A stretch of DNA of 64,000 nt from positions 32,001 to 96,000 of the IMG/VR virus record IMGVR_UViG_3300025012_000029. One strand, given 5' to 3'. How positions within the stretch are numbered: position 1 is the stretch's first letter; every line of letters starts with the position of its first letter. This document shows positions 1-10,171 of this stretch, one piece after another. The DNA comes from a virus (lineage: Duplodnaviria > Caudoviricetes). Position numbers and translations under genes: made by a program. The notes under the pieces were generated by a model. That model saw nothing but the letters and a program-made list of their open reading frames with translations, had not been told where the DNA came from and did no database searches.

Positions 1-71
1 TCACCATCAAATAGTTGAGCAATTTGTGCATGCCCAATCGAAAATATTTTAGGATAAGAACCTATTGTCAT
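1..71 (-). CDS. 5' part of a gene running off the window, possibly an Rnl2-like RNA ligase
   Basis: ATG at 71 with GGAGGTGA SD; reads MTIGSYPKIFSIGHAQIAQLFDG, resembling the segment before the EKxDG motif in phage Rnl2-like ligases (recall only). Confidence 0.3.
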   Translation of the reverse strand, partial: MTIGSYPKIFSIGHAQIAQLFDG

Positions 72-81
72 CGATCACCTC

Positions 82-372
82 CTAGAATCCCTTAGATGAA
101 ATTCTAGCATTAATAGAAAGAGCTTCCTCACAGTCTTTCGGACGCACCGAAACAACTACCTGCCATGCTACATTACCTTCACGAAGAATGTCAAGTTTTA
201 TTTCATATCTTTCCTTTTCATAATCGAGACGACTAATAGTCGTCTCAAGCATTAATTTTGCTCTACTAATATTTTCAAACAATACCATTTTGTCTATATC
301 TTTTGATATAACATTAAGAATATTTCTTCGAATATATTCTTTTTCTGATTCATCCATAAACTCTCTAATCAT
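82..372 (-). CDS. hypothetical protein (96 aa)
   Basis: ORF fills the gap between neighbours on the coding strand; GAAAGGA SD upstream. Confidence 0.6.
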   Translation of the reverse strand: MIREFMDESEKEYIRRNILNVISKDIDKMVLFENISRAKLMLETTISRLDYEKERYEIKLDILREGNVAWQVVVSVRPKDCEEALSINARISSKGF

Positions 373-420
373 ATAATATTCCTTTCATTTTAACTCATTT
401 GTGTCTCTTATTCATATAAT

Positions 421-3400
421 TTAAGATCCACATGAACCTCCTTTATTCATAGCGCATGCGTCTCCATATTCTAAATATGTTTCTCCAACATGCTTCATAG
501 CAAGAGAATATTTTACTGGGGTAAGAGGCTGTCCACCACGAGCACCATCTGGGTAACAGGTAATTCCTCTCAATTTTGGAAGATAATTTATTAAAATATC
601 TCCAAATTTTCTAACAGTATCTTCATTGTTATCAGCAGAACCCCATGGAGGAAGGTTGATAGTGGAACTGATCCCATGGTCAACAAATCGTTGTACCCAA
701 GCTTGGAATTCTATTCTTCGTTCAACGTTCTTTGCTAAATCATACGCATCTTCTATTGAATCTGGATCGAGGTTATTTTTTTCTATTAGACGTTTTGCAG
801 TAGGATCCAACACATATTGATATTCAATCAATTCTGGTCCTTTTTTATAACGTCTTTTATAACTAACGCAGAAAATTGGCTCAATGCCCGTTGTAGTTTC
901 CGACACAATTCCTATAGTTCCATTTGGAGCAATTGCTCTAGTTTTAATCGGACTAGTTAATTCCCACTTTTCAGCATATTCATGAGCAATTTCTGTACTA
1001 GTGCTGTAAATTTTCAAATACTGTTCTAGTTCTGGGTCGGGTCCGTACTTTTTTCCTCTCATAAGCAACCATTCATGAATGCCCATTAATCCGAGTCCTA
1101 GGCGCCTATTCTTCGAACGAACTTGATCTACTTTGGCATAAGGAACGTCTGAATAGACAGTGCCAGCCAACAAAAAACAAGTCCCTAATTCTACTAGGTC
1201 TTTCATTTCTTCTAGCGAAGATACTCTGGCAAGATTAATACTGCCAAGATTGCAAATATCTGAATCATCGCGCGATGTTACCTCAGTGCATTGACCAGTC
1301 AAAACACCATCAAAAACTCCAGTATGATTTTTAGGTTCATTAAAACAATAAACATTTTCTTCTATACCTCCTTCAGAAACTGATACTACAAAAACAAATT
1401 GACTAGCGTCTCTGTTTGGAGATTTGTCAAACGACAAACGTTCACATTTTAAACCCAATTCTTTCAAATTTTGTATTTGTTGCGCGCCGATTAGCAATCT
1501 ATAAAGATCTTTACAATAATATTCTTTTAGTCCTCCTTCCGCATCGGGAAGCATTCTAAATCCAGCTTTGTGTCCTAATGTTACTTTACTATTTATTCCT
1601 ATCGTAGAAAGCATCTTCTGAGCATCTAAAAGAAAATTTTTATCAACGGAGCCTATTTGGCATCCGCCTTCTTTTAATTCAGTTCCATCTCCATCTATCA
1701 ATCCAGCCAACCAATTTAATTTTCCATTCAAGTTCCACTCAAGTGGAACAAAAGATTTCAAATATTTTTCAAAATCTGGTCTAACAGTCGTTTTACTATT
1801 GCTGCTGTGAAAATTTTTATTTTCTTTTATCGAAAGGCGACTCAAACAGCAATATTTTGTGTCGTACACTGAAAAGAAATTGTAATCGTCCATTCCTTCG
1901 GCAGAAAGGAAGCCTTGTGTGTACGCTTCTTTTGCATCAACATCCTCTCCTTCTTTTATTATTGGAAATGTCCCTTTAATCAATTTCATTCCTGGCTGAA
2001 GATTGTAGGCTTCCACTTTTTCAGAAGCTCCATGATAATCTTTTGAAATAATAAATTTATGATATTCAGTGCATCTCAACACCCTTCCGTCACTTAATAC
2101 AACATCAACCATTGGTTGCATTCGTCCAGTTAGTTTTATTTCAACATTTGACCATTCGAACCCGTTCCATACGTCAATTGACTGGTTAACCAATGATGAA
2201 ATTGGTCGATAACCATTTTTAGTTAGAATTTCCGTTTCGCCCGAAACACATGCATTCCTCAGGGTTTCACCGGAATTATCACCAATATCTACTGAAAATC
2301 CTGGCTCACCAGTTTCTAGCATATTTCTGACGACCAACCAATAAATTGCTTGAGAATGGGAATGTTGTGGATGTTTCTCGTCATAGAAGGCTTTAAAAAA
2401 AACATCATCTAATAGAACAGAAATATTCGTCATATCCAATGGAGCGGGAAAATTAAAATCCTTCTTTTTTAAAGATTTGACATCCTCAGTCCAATCTTTG
2501 AGTTTAACAAATTTATATATGTCGGCATGGCTCCAATTTAGTCCAGACCAAATTGCCGAGTTATGCACAAGATATCCATTGCAGAAAAATTGATTTTTGT
2601 TTTCTACTTCAATATCATATGTTTCAACGATTCTTCCTTCCTCGATTCCTAAAATTTTAATAGGGGTAAAATTTAAATCTTTTTTAATAACACGTTCTAT
2701 CATTTCAATACTAACGGCAACATTTTTGTCATGATGAAGATTTCTAGGTCTTTTTTCAAATGATGCATTAATCAAACTGCCATCAAAAGAATAAGAAAAT
2801 TGTTCTTTCGTTCCAGAATTTTCATAAATGTCCCCTTTCAAAATAAAAGATCCAATTAGTTTTTTAAGTTTTAGAAGTTGCTTGGTATTACAAACATTTA
2901 ATTGATATAAAGATTTCCATTTTCCAATTTCTTTTCTTACAAGTTTAATTCTGGAAACAATTCCCAATGACGCCAATAGTGATTGTAATTGATTTAAGAA
3001 TTCTGGATAAATCGACGATGCAATATTTATTGGGCGAGACGATAAACTTCCATCTGAATCAACAATTCCAGCAATGTATGCACACCTAATTTCTGGCCTC
3101 GCACACATTATACATTCTGGTACGTCAATTGAAACATTTGGTTTTTTAAACCACGATTGCAAATAAGTAGCCAACTGCACAGACGAGCATTTAACATTCC
3201 ATAGTTTTCCATCACCTGGTGATGATATAACGTTTACTCCAAATCTTTCCAATTGTTTTATAGCTTTATCTTTAATTTCTGGGTAATCAAAAGAACAAGC
3301 AATACTCACTCGGCCGTGAAGTTTGTTTTGTTTATCTTTGCCCAAATAAGCATAGCCATCTCCGTGAATCAACCCCAACAACCAAGCTATACCAGAGTCT

Positions 3401-4248
3401 AGTTCGGGAATTTTTATATCTATTATAGACGTGCAATGAATTGATTTTTCATACGAAAAATTTGGTAATTTTGTAGGACCGAATTCCAGCAATTTTCCAT
3501 TAAAAATCAATCTATCTTGGTTCGAAAGGTCTTTGGCTTTTTTCCACTCAAATTCTCCGAAACAATTAGTCAACACAGCCACTCTGTGATTTTCAGTGCA
3601 TTCAAAAAATCCAGTTTGAGTTTTAATTTTTATAGTTTTTTGCTGTCCTTGATCAAATATGTTCAACACTTTTTCAAATCCATCAAATGTTTGAACCAAA
3701 TCTTCAGTTGTTATATCTTCTATCTTTTTTAACCCATACAAAGTATGAACTAGAGAGCCTTTCGGGAGACACCTTCTCGATCCTCCCTGCATAACTCCTC
3801 TACCAACTTCATTAATCATCTGCATAAGTGCCGTTGGTCCGGTTGCCTTGCCTCCGGTTTTTCTAATTGGTTTCCCTTCCGGTCTTATTTTTGAATAATC
3901 AACTCCAATTCCTGCCCCTGTCATTAAAGCCATCGACGACTTATGTAATAAATCCGACCAACCTTCACGAGAATCTTCTACACTCAGCATAAGACAATTT
4001 TGAGTTTGGTGATATGGGCGCCCAGAGGCATATAGGTATCGTCCTCCAGGAATGAATTTTCTATCTCTTATTGCTATATGAACTCTTTCAGATAGAGACT
4101 TTGAAGCGTTAACTGACTTCATAACATGTTTTGCCACTCTGTAGGATATGTTATCCCAATTTTCCAAAGTTCCATCTTTTAATGGATGTGCATATCGCTG
4201 CTCTGTTATTGTTTTCGCAAAAACACTCATATCGTTTTCAAAATTCAT
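421..4248 (-). CDS. nrdJ: class II (adenosylcobalamin-dependent) ribonucleotide reductase with two inteins; about 551 aa after splicing
   Basis: PGGR, QGGSRR/SA, NA/CTE (NxCxE), CNLGSINL, GLGLMG, APNGT, GITCYPDGARGGQPL motifs; C-terminal Cys pair; no class Ia YY motif; no ATP cone. Confidence 0.88.
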   Translation of the reverse strand: MNFENDMSVFAKTITEQRYAHPLKDGTLENWDNISYRVAKHVMKSVNASKSLSERVHIAIRDRKFIPGGRYLYASGRPYHQTQNCLMLSVEDSREGWSDLLHKSSMALMTGAGIGVDYSKIRPEGKPIRKTGGKATGPTALMQMINEVGRGVMQGGSRRCLPKGSLVHTLYGLKKIEDITTEDLVQTFDGFEKVLNIFDQGQQKTIKIKTQTGFFECTENHRVAVLTNCFGEFEWKKAKDLSNQDRLIFNGKLLEFGPTKLPNFSYEKSIHCTSIIDIKIPELDSGIAWLLGLIHGDGYAYLGKDKQNKLHGRVSIACSFDYPEIKDKAIKQLERFGVNVISSPGDGKLWNVKCSSVQLATYLQSWFKKPNVSIDVPECIMCARPEIRCAYIAGIVDSDGSLSSRPINIASSIYPEFLNQLQSLLASLGIVSRIKLVRKEIGKWKSLYQLNVCNTKQLLKLKKLIGSFILKGDIYENSGTKEQFSYSFDGSLINASFEKRPRNLHHDKNVAVSIEMIERVIKKDLNFTPIKILGIEEGRIVETYDIEVENKNQFFCNGYLVHNSAIWSGLNWSHADIYKFVKLKDWTEDVKSLKKKDFNFPAPLDMTNISVLLDDVFFKAFYDEKHPQHSHSQAIYWLVVRNMLETGEPGFSVDIGDNSGETLRNACVSGETEILTKNGYRPISSLVNQSIDVWNGFEWSNVEIKLTGRMQPMVDVVLSDGRVLRCTEYHKFIISKDYHGASEKVEAYNLQPGMKLIKGTFPIIKEGEDVDAKEAYTQGFLSAEGMDDYNFFSVYDTKYCCLSRLSIKENKNFHSSNSKTTVRPDFEKYLKSFVPLEWNLNGKLNWLAGLIDGDGTELKEGGCQIGSVDKNFLLDAQKMLSTIGINSKVTLGHKAGFRMLPDAEGGLKEYYCKDLYRLLIGAQQIQNLKELGLKCERLSFDKSPNRDASQFVFVVSVSEGGIEENVYCFNEPKNHTGVFDGVLTGQCTEVTSRDDSDICNLGSINLARVSSLEEMKDLVELGTCFLLAGTVYSDVPYAKVDQVRSKNRRLGLGLMGIHEWLLMRGKKYGPDPELEQYLKIYSTSTEIAHEYAEKWELTSPIKTRAIAPNGTIGIVSETTTGIEPIFCVSYKRRYKKGPELIEYQYVLDPTAKRLIEKNNLDPDSIEDAYDLAKNVERRIEFQAWVQRFVDHGISSTINLPPWGSADNNEDTVRKFGDILINYLPKLRGITCYPDGARGGQPLTPVKYSLAMKHVGETYLEYGDACAMNKGGSCGS
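1291..2250 (-). mobile_element. RNR intein 2 (aa 667-986, 320 aa), LAGLIDADG type, ending in Gln
   Basis: RNA|CVSGETEIL start; QGFLSAEG and LAGLIDGDG motifs; ends GVLTGQ|CTE. Confidence 0.9.
2560..3771 (-). mobile_element. RNR intein 1 (aa 160-563, 404 aa), LAGLIDADG type
   Basis: SRR|CLPKGS start; LGLIHGDG and IAGIVDSDG motifs; ends YLVHN|S. Confidence 0.93.
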
Positions 4249-4709
4249 TAAACAATTCCTCCATTATTTTCTTTATATTTCTTGTATTTTGCTCTCATGC
4301 GGCGTTTTTGCTCTTCCACGTCCACTAACGATGAAATATCTTTACGAGGATCAAAATCTCCCAAAATACGTATATCTACATTTGATGGATCCATAAAAAT
4401 ATTAAATGTCATTCCATCTGGACCATTTCTATTTTTGCAGACAGACAATCTTCCTGTATTTTTGTTTTTATCTTCTTGCGTTCTCGCAAGTCCAAGAGTA
4501 AGGTATGAGCCAAAATTTTTATTTAGTGCTTCTGATGTTTGTTCCATTTGTACGGTATTTGAACTCAAACCTGAATTATGGGAATATATATCATTTGCAA
4601 AAAAATAGTGATGCTTTTCCAAACATATATCGATTGTATCTTCTTCGTCACATTCTTCAATGTTTGTTATTTCCATCAAATCAAAATCGTTTAAATTAAG
4701 TTTATCCAT
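4248..4709 (-). CDS. split-intein C part (45 aa, 4575-4709) fused to the C-terminal fragment of DnaB/gp41-like helicase
   Basis: MDKL...TIDICLEKHHYFFANDIYSHN|SG, followed by helicase motif KNRNGPDG. Confidence 0.92.
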   Translation of the reverse strand: MDKLNLNDFDLMEITNIEECDEEDTIDICLEKHHYFFANDIYSHNSGLSSNTVQMEQTSEALNKNFGSYLTLGLARTQEDKNKNTGRLSVCKNRNGPDGMTFNIFMDPSNVDIRILGDFDPRKDISSLVDVEEQKRRMRAKYKKYKENNGGIV

Positions 4710-5727
4710 TTAAAAACTCTACTATCTTATCAATTGTACCGTAAGGATCTTTTTTGTAATTTTTATCGTTAATCCTTAGTGTTGAAAATCCTCTTTTTGT
4801 TAATATTTCATCTCTTTCCTTATCCTTGTCTTCGTTGTTTTTATGCCAATAATTTCCGTCAAATTCAATAATTTTATTTTCATATAAAAAATCTAATGAA
4901 TAAAACTTAATATATTTTCCATCTTTATATATTTTAATTATTTTTTCCCCGTTACATTCTTTAAAAAATGTCATCTCTTTCTTCAAATCTAACCTTTGCA
5001 CAACGTCCCAAAATAATTTCTGAGAAATTTTCGAAAACCCAACACTATCTCGATTAGATGCTGCCTTCTCAGAAAGAGTACGCATTTTGTCTTTGTACTG
5101 ATCCCATTTTTCCTTTCCTAATGTCTCGCCAAAATCTTTCACAAATTTTTCAAGGGAAAAAGCATATTTTTGTTTTTCTGATTTTTTATTCCATCTAATT
5201 AAAGCTTCTTCTTTGCCGTGCTTTATAAACAAACTTTCATGAGAAAGTCCATTATCCCATTTTCTGTCAAGTTTTCTTTTTTCAATAGAACTTTTCCATT
5301 TTTCTAAATAAGAAGAATGTTTTTCTTTTGCCGCATCCTCTCCTATTCTTTCTGAAAGATTCTGCAAATTGTGCCAATTTTTTTGTTTTATTAAATTTTC
5401 ATAATATTCGATACCGTGTTTTTTAATAATAATTTCTTTATTATTCTTACGCTTGTTTGTCTGCGAATTCAAGATTTCTTCCCATCTGTCGCCATAACGT
5501 ATTTTGTATACTTCTTCTGTCATACAATTTCTTCCAAATTTTCTAGATGCTTCAATTCTCTCTAGCCAATCCCCATCGACATCATATTTTGTAAAATTTA
5601 ATATCAAGAATTTCTTATTTTTAAAATCTTTTCTTGACAAATTTTCATAGATTTTTTTTATTTGAAAAATTTGCTCATCGCTTAATGACAAATCTCGCAA
5701 CCATAAATAATTTTTTATAAAGTTCAT
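4702..5727 (-). CDS. free-standing Vsr/DUF559-like homing endonuclease between the helicase halves
   Basis: C-terminal DFLYENKIIEFDGNYWH...DKERD...GFSTLRI; about five K/R-Y/H-G-x-E helical repeats upstream. Confidence 0.85.
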   Translation of the reverse strand: MNFIKNYLWLRDLSLSDEQIFQIKKIYENLSRKDFKNKKFLILNFTKYDVDGDWLERIEASRKFGRNCMTEEVYKIRYGDRWEEILNSQTNKRKNNKEIIIKKHGIEYYENLIKQKNWHNLQNLSERIGEDAAKEKHSSYLEKWKSSIEKRKLDRKWDNGLSHESLFIKHGKEEALIRWNKKSEKQKYAFSLEKFVKDFGETLGKEKWDQYKDKMRTLSEKAASNRDSVGFSKISQKLFWDVVQRLDLKKEMTFFKECNGEKIIKIYKDGKYIKFYSLDFLYENKIIEFDGNYWHKNNEDKDKERDEILTKRGFSTLRINDKNYKKDPYGTIDKIVEFLNG

Positions 5728-7058
5728 TATTTTTTTATCAAAAATTTATCCCCAATTTTTAATCCAGACTCTAAAGACTTATCCCCACTATCCGTTGGAA
5801 AAATATGTTTTTTAGAAACTTTCACAGACAATCCGTTTTTTAGCGTTATTTTATAGACTTTTTGGCGAGAGGAAAAAATATCAATAATTTTTTCGTAACC
5901 ATAAACAGTTTTTGTCATCATGCCTATCTTAGATTGTCCGATTTCAATTGTATGTTCTTTTTGATCTTCTCCTAATATATAAATAGGAGTATCAACAGAA
6001 AAACACCTATTTGTTTGCGAAGCGGTCCAGCCAACTATTTGATCTTCTTGACAAACTGCTTCAAACTCATCATAAGTTTCACCTATTTCATAACGTAATT
6101 CTTTTCTTATAGAAGAAGATTTGAGGAGATCGAGATAGTCTAGTTCGATCATATCCGGGATAAATCCTTGACTTTTAAGACGAGAAAGATGATTTTTTAC
6201 TGTCATCATCGATGCGCTCTTTTTTGGATACTGTTTGATTATTAATTGACCAGTGATTTTAGTCAACTCTTCTAAAACTTTTTCTTTGTGGTTGCGCAAT
6301 TCATCGATAGGTATTCCAGTCAAACAAGAATCAAATCTAAGTCCAATTACTTCTGCCGATAATTCAAGGGTGTAATAAACAACATTTTGTCCTCGTTTTA
6401 GTGCTTGTACGCCCAAATGAACGAGGCATAAACTTTTACCTGCGCCTGTCGGCGCTAAAATCAAACCATATTCGCCTCGACCTAAGCCACCGCTTGTAAG
6501 TTCATCAAGTCGATCCCACCCCGTCGGAATGGGATTACGAACATTTTCAACGTAACGTTTTTCGAAATCTTTGATAAAATCATGCCCAGTGTCAATTTCT
6601 CCTCCAGCTTTTAGAGCAGTATTGATAACTTTGCTAATTTCGTCAAACGAATTCGTTTTGAGGAGAGAAGCAGATTTAATCATAGCTTCGTGCAACTTTT
6701 GTTTTCTGCAGAAATCTAACGCTTCATTCTGAATGAAATTTCCATCCTCAATATGATCGGAAGCTAACATGCGGGCATAAAAGTCTCTTACTTGTTTTTG
6801 AAGAATTTCATTCTCTTTTTCTAAGGATGTCCGAAGAATTATCTCCATTGTATCTCTACTAGGATGAACTTTATATTGTTTTTTATAATCAAAAATTCTT
6901 GAAACAAATCCTTGGAGATATCTTGATTCAAAATATTCAACATTTAATACTTCAATCATTCTATCGGCAAAGACTCTATCATCCAATATTAAAAAAGCAA
7001 GTCTCTCTTGAAATGAGCGGCCGAAGGTTGAAAAAGTCGGAGCATCAACTATATTCAT
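5727..7058 (-). CDS. DnaB/gp41-like replicative helicase N fragment plus split-intein N part (92 aa, 5730-6005)
   Basis: Walker A APTGAGKS, LDYLDLL, ASQTNR|CFSVDT; block B VSKKHIF; ORF stops with no intein C-terminus. Confidence 0.92.
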   Translation of the reverse strand: MNIVDAPTFSTFGRSFQERLAFLILDDRVFADRMIEVLNVEYFESRYLQGFVSRIFDYKKQYKVHPSRDTMEIILRTSLEKENEILQKQVRDFYARMLASDHIEDGNFIQNEALDFCRKQKLHEAMIKSASLLKTNSFDEISKVINTALKAGGEIDTGHDFIKDFEKRYVENVRNPIPTGWDRLDELTSGGLGRGEYGLILAPTGAGKSLCLVHLGVQALKRGQNVVYYTLELSAEVIGLRFDSCLTGIPIDELRNHKEKVLEELTKITGQLIIKQYPKKSASMMTVKNHLSRLKSQGFIPDMIELDYLDLLKSSSIRKELRYEIGETYDEFEAVCQEDQIVGWTASQTNRCFSVDTPIYILGEDQKEHTIEIGQSKIGMMTKTVYGYEKIIDIFSSRQKVYKITLKNGLSVKVSKKHIFPTDSGDKSLESGLKIGDKFLIKK

Positions 7059-7079
7059 TATTTTCTCGATGGACGTAAA

Positions 7080-7108
7080 ATACTACCCTAAGTGAGAATT
7101 GAAGTCAA
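7080..7108 (-). promoter_or_regulatory. sigma70-type promoter upstream of the helicase
   Basis: TTGACT-N17-TAGTAT in the intergenic gap. Confidence 0.55.
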
Positions 7109-7132
7109 TTATTTACCCTGAGTAGAAAGTAA

Positions 7133-8122
7133 TTAGTTCTCAACTCTTTTGGACTCTGCAACTATAAATCTAAAAGTTTGGAAAAGAGAGTCCCAGTTAT
7201 AATCAGTAAAGCCGTCGATGACCATCTTGTGAGTAATCTGGGTTTGACTAAACATTGGTTCAAAATTTTGTATTGTTTCTTTGATTGCCTTTGAAACAGT
7301 TGGTGACATATTGGGGACATAAAGTTGCATCAATTTATAATTCATTTTAATAATTTCCTTAGACGCAACAATGTCGTTATATATTTTGAGTTCCCCTTTG
7401 TGCTCTTCACAATGAGAAATAACATCGTCAATTGTAAATGATTTACTATCTTGCAGGAATGGAATTCTTTTAGCTATTGTGGCTAAACCTACGCCACGTA
7501 CGCCTTCTAAATTATCTGATTTATCTCCTGCAATGGCTCTTGCTAAAGCAAAATTTTGTGGATGGATGCCATATTCTTTTACAATTCTACTTTCATTTAA
7601 GATTTCTTTCTGAACTGGACGCAATAATATTGTTTCTTTGTTGCACAATTGAATGAAATCTTTATCACTTGAAACTATTATTTTGATATTGTTTTTGAGA
7701 GATTGAAGATTACATATTCGCGCGATAACATCATCAGCCTCTACATTTTCGAAAACAAACTGTATCAGTGGCATTAAGTTCAAATAATCTGCTAAACGAA
7801 CAAATTGATTTATCTTATTTAATTTTTCTTCTTCCTCCGAAAGATTATGAACACTTCTATTCAATTTGATGGGAGCGCGACCTTCTTTATATTCGGAATT
7901 TATTTTTCTCTTTCTTAATGAACCTCCAGATCCATCCCAAACAACAATTATTTTATGAATTGGACCAGACTCTCTGCTAACCTTCTGCAAGGATTTTAAA
8001 AATCCTTTATTGCCGCCACATGGATTCCCATCTGCACAAATACTGGGGTCTGCTACATAATTTCTTATAAATAAATTATAAGCGTCAACAATTAGAATCC
8101 TATTCTTTTTTATAGACATCAA
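7133..8122 (-). CDS. 5'-3' exonuclease/flap endonuclease (T4 RNase H / PolI 5' nuclease family)
   Basis: IVDAYN, VWDG, YKEGR, EADDVIA, SSDKDF, GDKSDN...GVG motifs. Confidence 0.92.
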   Translation of the reverse strand: MMSIKKNRILIVDAYNLFIRNYVADPSICADGNPCGGNKGFLKSLQKVSRESGPIHKIIVVWDGSGGSLRKRKINSEYKEGRAPIKLNRSVHNLSEEEEKLNKINQFVRLADYLNLMPLIQFVFENVEADDVIARICNLQSLKNNIKIIVSSDKDFIQLCNKETILLRPVQKEILNESRIVKEYGIHPQNFALARAIAGDKSDNLEGVRGVGLATIAKRIPFLQDSKSFTIDDVISHCEEHKGELKIYNDIVASKEIIKMNYKLMQLYVPNMSPTVSKAIKETIQNFEPMFSQTQITHKMVIDGFTDYNWDSLFQTFRFIVAESKRVEN

Positions 8123-8128
8123 AACACT

Positions 8129-9253
8129 CTATGAATCTATTGAATAGTGCGCATCGGCATTACCAGTTTTATCATTAAATTTTTGATGTCTATCCACATC
8201 CATCACATTAAGGACAGTTTCCCTAAACATCGGATCCTTCATTTTTTCCATCCAAGAAGTTCCTTGAAACTTCATAATAGTTCCATCTTTAGCAGTAATA
8301 GATTTCCATGCTCCTGCGGTTTGGATTGCTCCTGTTAATTCCAATGCTTCTTGCCAACTTTCTTCATCCCTAATTCCAATTGGATCCTCGCCCCAAACTA
8401 TTTTAAAACCCGCTTCGCGACCCTCAGTTCCAAACCTAGATTTCTTGAGTTTAGCTTTTAACTCGGAACCGATTCTATATCCTTTGTCGTTATTTAAATA
8501 ACTGTCTTTAGCTTTTCGTCCCGTCAGCCAAATGCGTAAACTGTAAGCGTATATAAGGGCCTTCCCACCAGGAGTCATCCAGGGATCTATTTTCATAGAT
8601 GATGGATCACTGGTGTTGAGATTTGTTCTCAATTGATTTAAAACTAAAAATGTAGAATTCGCATTTGCGATTGGAAGAGTGAGTTTCTGCATTGCCAACG
8701 AAGCGATTCGTGCTTTTCGTGCCATAGAAGAACTCGGATCAAAATTAGGATCTTCCATGTCTGCTTTACATGGCGTATTAGCAAAAGAATCTAAAATATA
8801 AAGAACATTCTGTTGAGATAGCAGTGTTTCAATAGTTTCAAATACAAATTCAACAGATTGAGCCTGTACGTATGTAAATGTTCCAGAATCTAAATTTATA
8901 CCCAGTTTTTCAATAAACTCCGGATCAACAGCAGATTCAGAATCGAACCAAACAACGGACATTCCCATTTTCTGAGCGTTAGCGGCAATAAGGGCAGCAA
9001 GATAAGATTTTCCGCTGGCCTCTAAACCAGCAATTTCTACAATTTTACCTACAGGAATTCCAGCGGGCTTGCCTTTACAAATAATAGAATCCAACCATCG
9101 TGATCCAGTTGGAATCCAGGATTTAACTTCAGAAGGGTTTTCATCCTTTAAGGAAAAGGCAATATCAAATCCAGCCTTTTTATTCAAAATGCCTCTAATA
9201 TCTTCGCCAGATAAATGTCCTGTAATTTTTTCTTTTTTTGATTTAGGTATCAT
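8129..9253 (-). CDS. recA: RecA/UvsX-like recombinase
   Basis: IPTG, GLEASGKS P-loop, DSE, ILDS, NQLR, PGGKAL motifs. Confidence 0.9.
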   Translation of the reverse strand: MIPKSKKEKITGHLSGEDIRGILNKKAGFDIAFSLKDENPSEVKSWIPTGSRWLDSIICKGKPAGIPVGKIVEIAGLEASGKSYLAALIAANAQKMGMSVVWFDSESAVDPEFIEKLGINLDSGTFTYVQAQSVEFVFETIETLLSQQNVLYILDSFANTPCKADMEDPNFDPSSSMARKARIASLAMQKLTLPIANANSTFLVLNQLRTNLNTSDPSSMKIDPWMTPGGKALIYAYSLRIWLTGRKAKDSYLNNDKGYRIGSELKAKLKKSRFGTEGREAGFKIVWGEDPIGIRDEESWQEALELTGAIQTAGAWKSITAKDGTIMKFQGTSWMEKMKDPMFRETVLNVMDVDRHQKFNDKTGNADAHYSIDS

Positions 9254-9267
9254 AATTTACTTTCTAT

Positions 9268-9310
9268 AAAAAACAGTAGGAGAGATCCCAACATAGAACC
9301 TCTCCTACTG
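9268..9310 (-). terminator. intrinsic terminator after the SSB gene
   Basis: 11-bp stem CAGTAGGAGAG/CTCTCCTACTG, 15-nt loop, T6 tract on the minus strand. Confidence 0.7.
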
Positions 9311-9328
9311 CTATTCTCATTTTGTTTC

Positions 9329-10117
9329 TTAGTCGTCAGTACCAGTACCATCAATTTCGAGTTCATCGATAGCGGCATCAACATCTTTAATGACAGTGGA
9401 AGACGAACTTTCCTTTGTGGAATTGCTGGAATTGTTACCATACTTTTTTTGTCCATCATTATCGAATGGATCAGCTAAAAAGTGTTCGAGAATTAATGCC
9501 ACTTCTGGAGGCGTCTTTCGCTCGAAGAAAGAATCTACTGGTCTAACCTTGTCGAGAATTTCTTTGATTTCCTTTTTAGTCTTGGCAAGCGGCTTTGTTA
9601 CTGGTTTAACCGTAATATCGGAAGACGGAAATGATGCTCCTCCGCCCTTTTCATACATAAGCTTTACATCGCGCCCATTATCAATATCCGTAATATCGCC
9701 ATAATCTGGGTCAATAACTACCTTGATTAACTTTTTATAAAGTTCTTTACCATACCCGTAAGGTTTAGGACCTTCAGATTCTTTACCTCTAACAACAACA
9801 TTAGAAAAGAATCGTTGACGCGCAAATAAATCCTTTGCCATTTTCTTCCCCTCATCTGTACCTTCTTGCCACAAAGAAGAAGCGTAATCACAAATTGGAC
9901 ACTTCTCTCCAAAGTTTCGCTTCGGACACATAACACTAGTACCTACATTATAGTGGAACCAATATTCCTTGAATGGATCTCCATCGTCGGATGGAAGAAA
10001 ACGAATTTCCTGTTCGCCAATTTCTGGCTTGAAAAAATCATTATTTTTTGAACTCTTTTTTCCTCTGTTATCTATATTCTCTAGTTTTTCTCTCATTTTA
10101 TCTACATTAATAACCAT
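9329..10117 (-). CDS. single-stranded DNA-binding protein (T4 gp32-like)
   Basis: IRFLP, WFHY, CP...CPIC Zn site, acidic tail; strong AAGGAG SD; next to recA. Confidence 0.85.
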   Translation of the reverse strand: MVINVDKMREKLENIDNRGKKSSKNNDFFKPEIGEQEIRFLPSDDGDPFKEYWFHYNVGTSVMCPKRNFGEKCPICDYASSLWQEGTDEGKKMAKDLFARQRFFSNVVVRGKESEGPKPYGYGKELYKKLIKVVIDPDYGDITDIDNGRDVKLMYEKGGGASFPSSDITVKPVTKPLAKTKKEIKEILDKVRPVDSFFERKTPPEVALILEHFLADPFDNDGQKKYGNNSSNSTKESSSSTVIKDVDAAIDELEIDGTGTDD

Positions 10118-10171
10118 TTTATTTCTCCTTTTGGACTATAGTCCTTATAGTTGTATGACAAATCTCTCATA

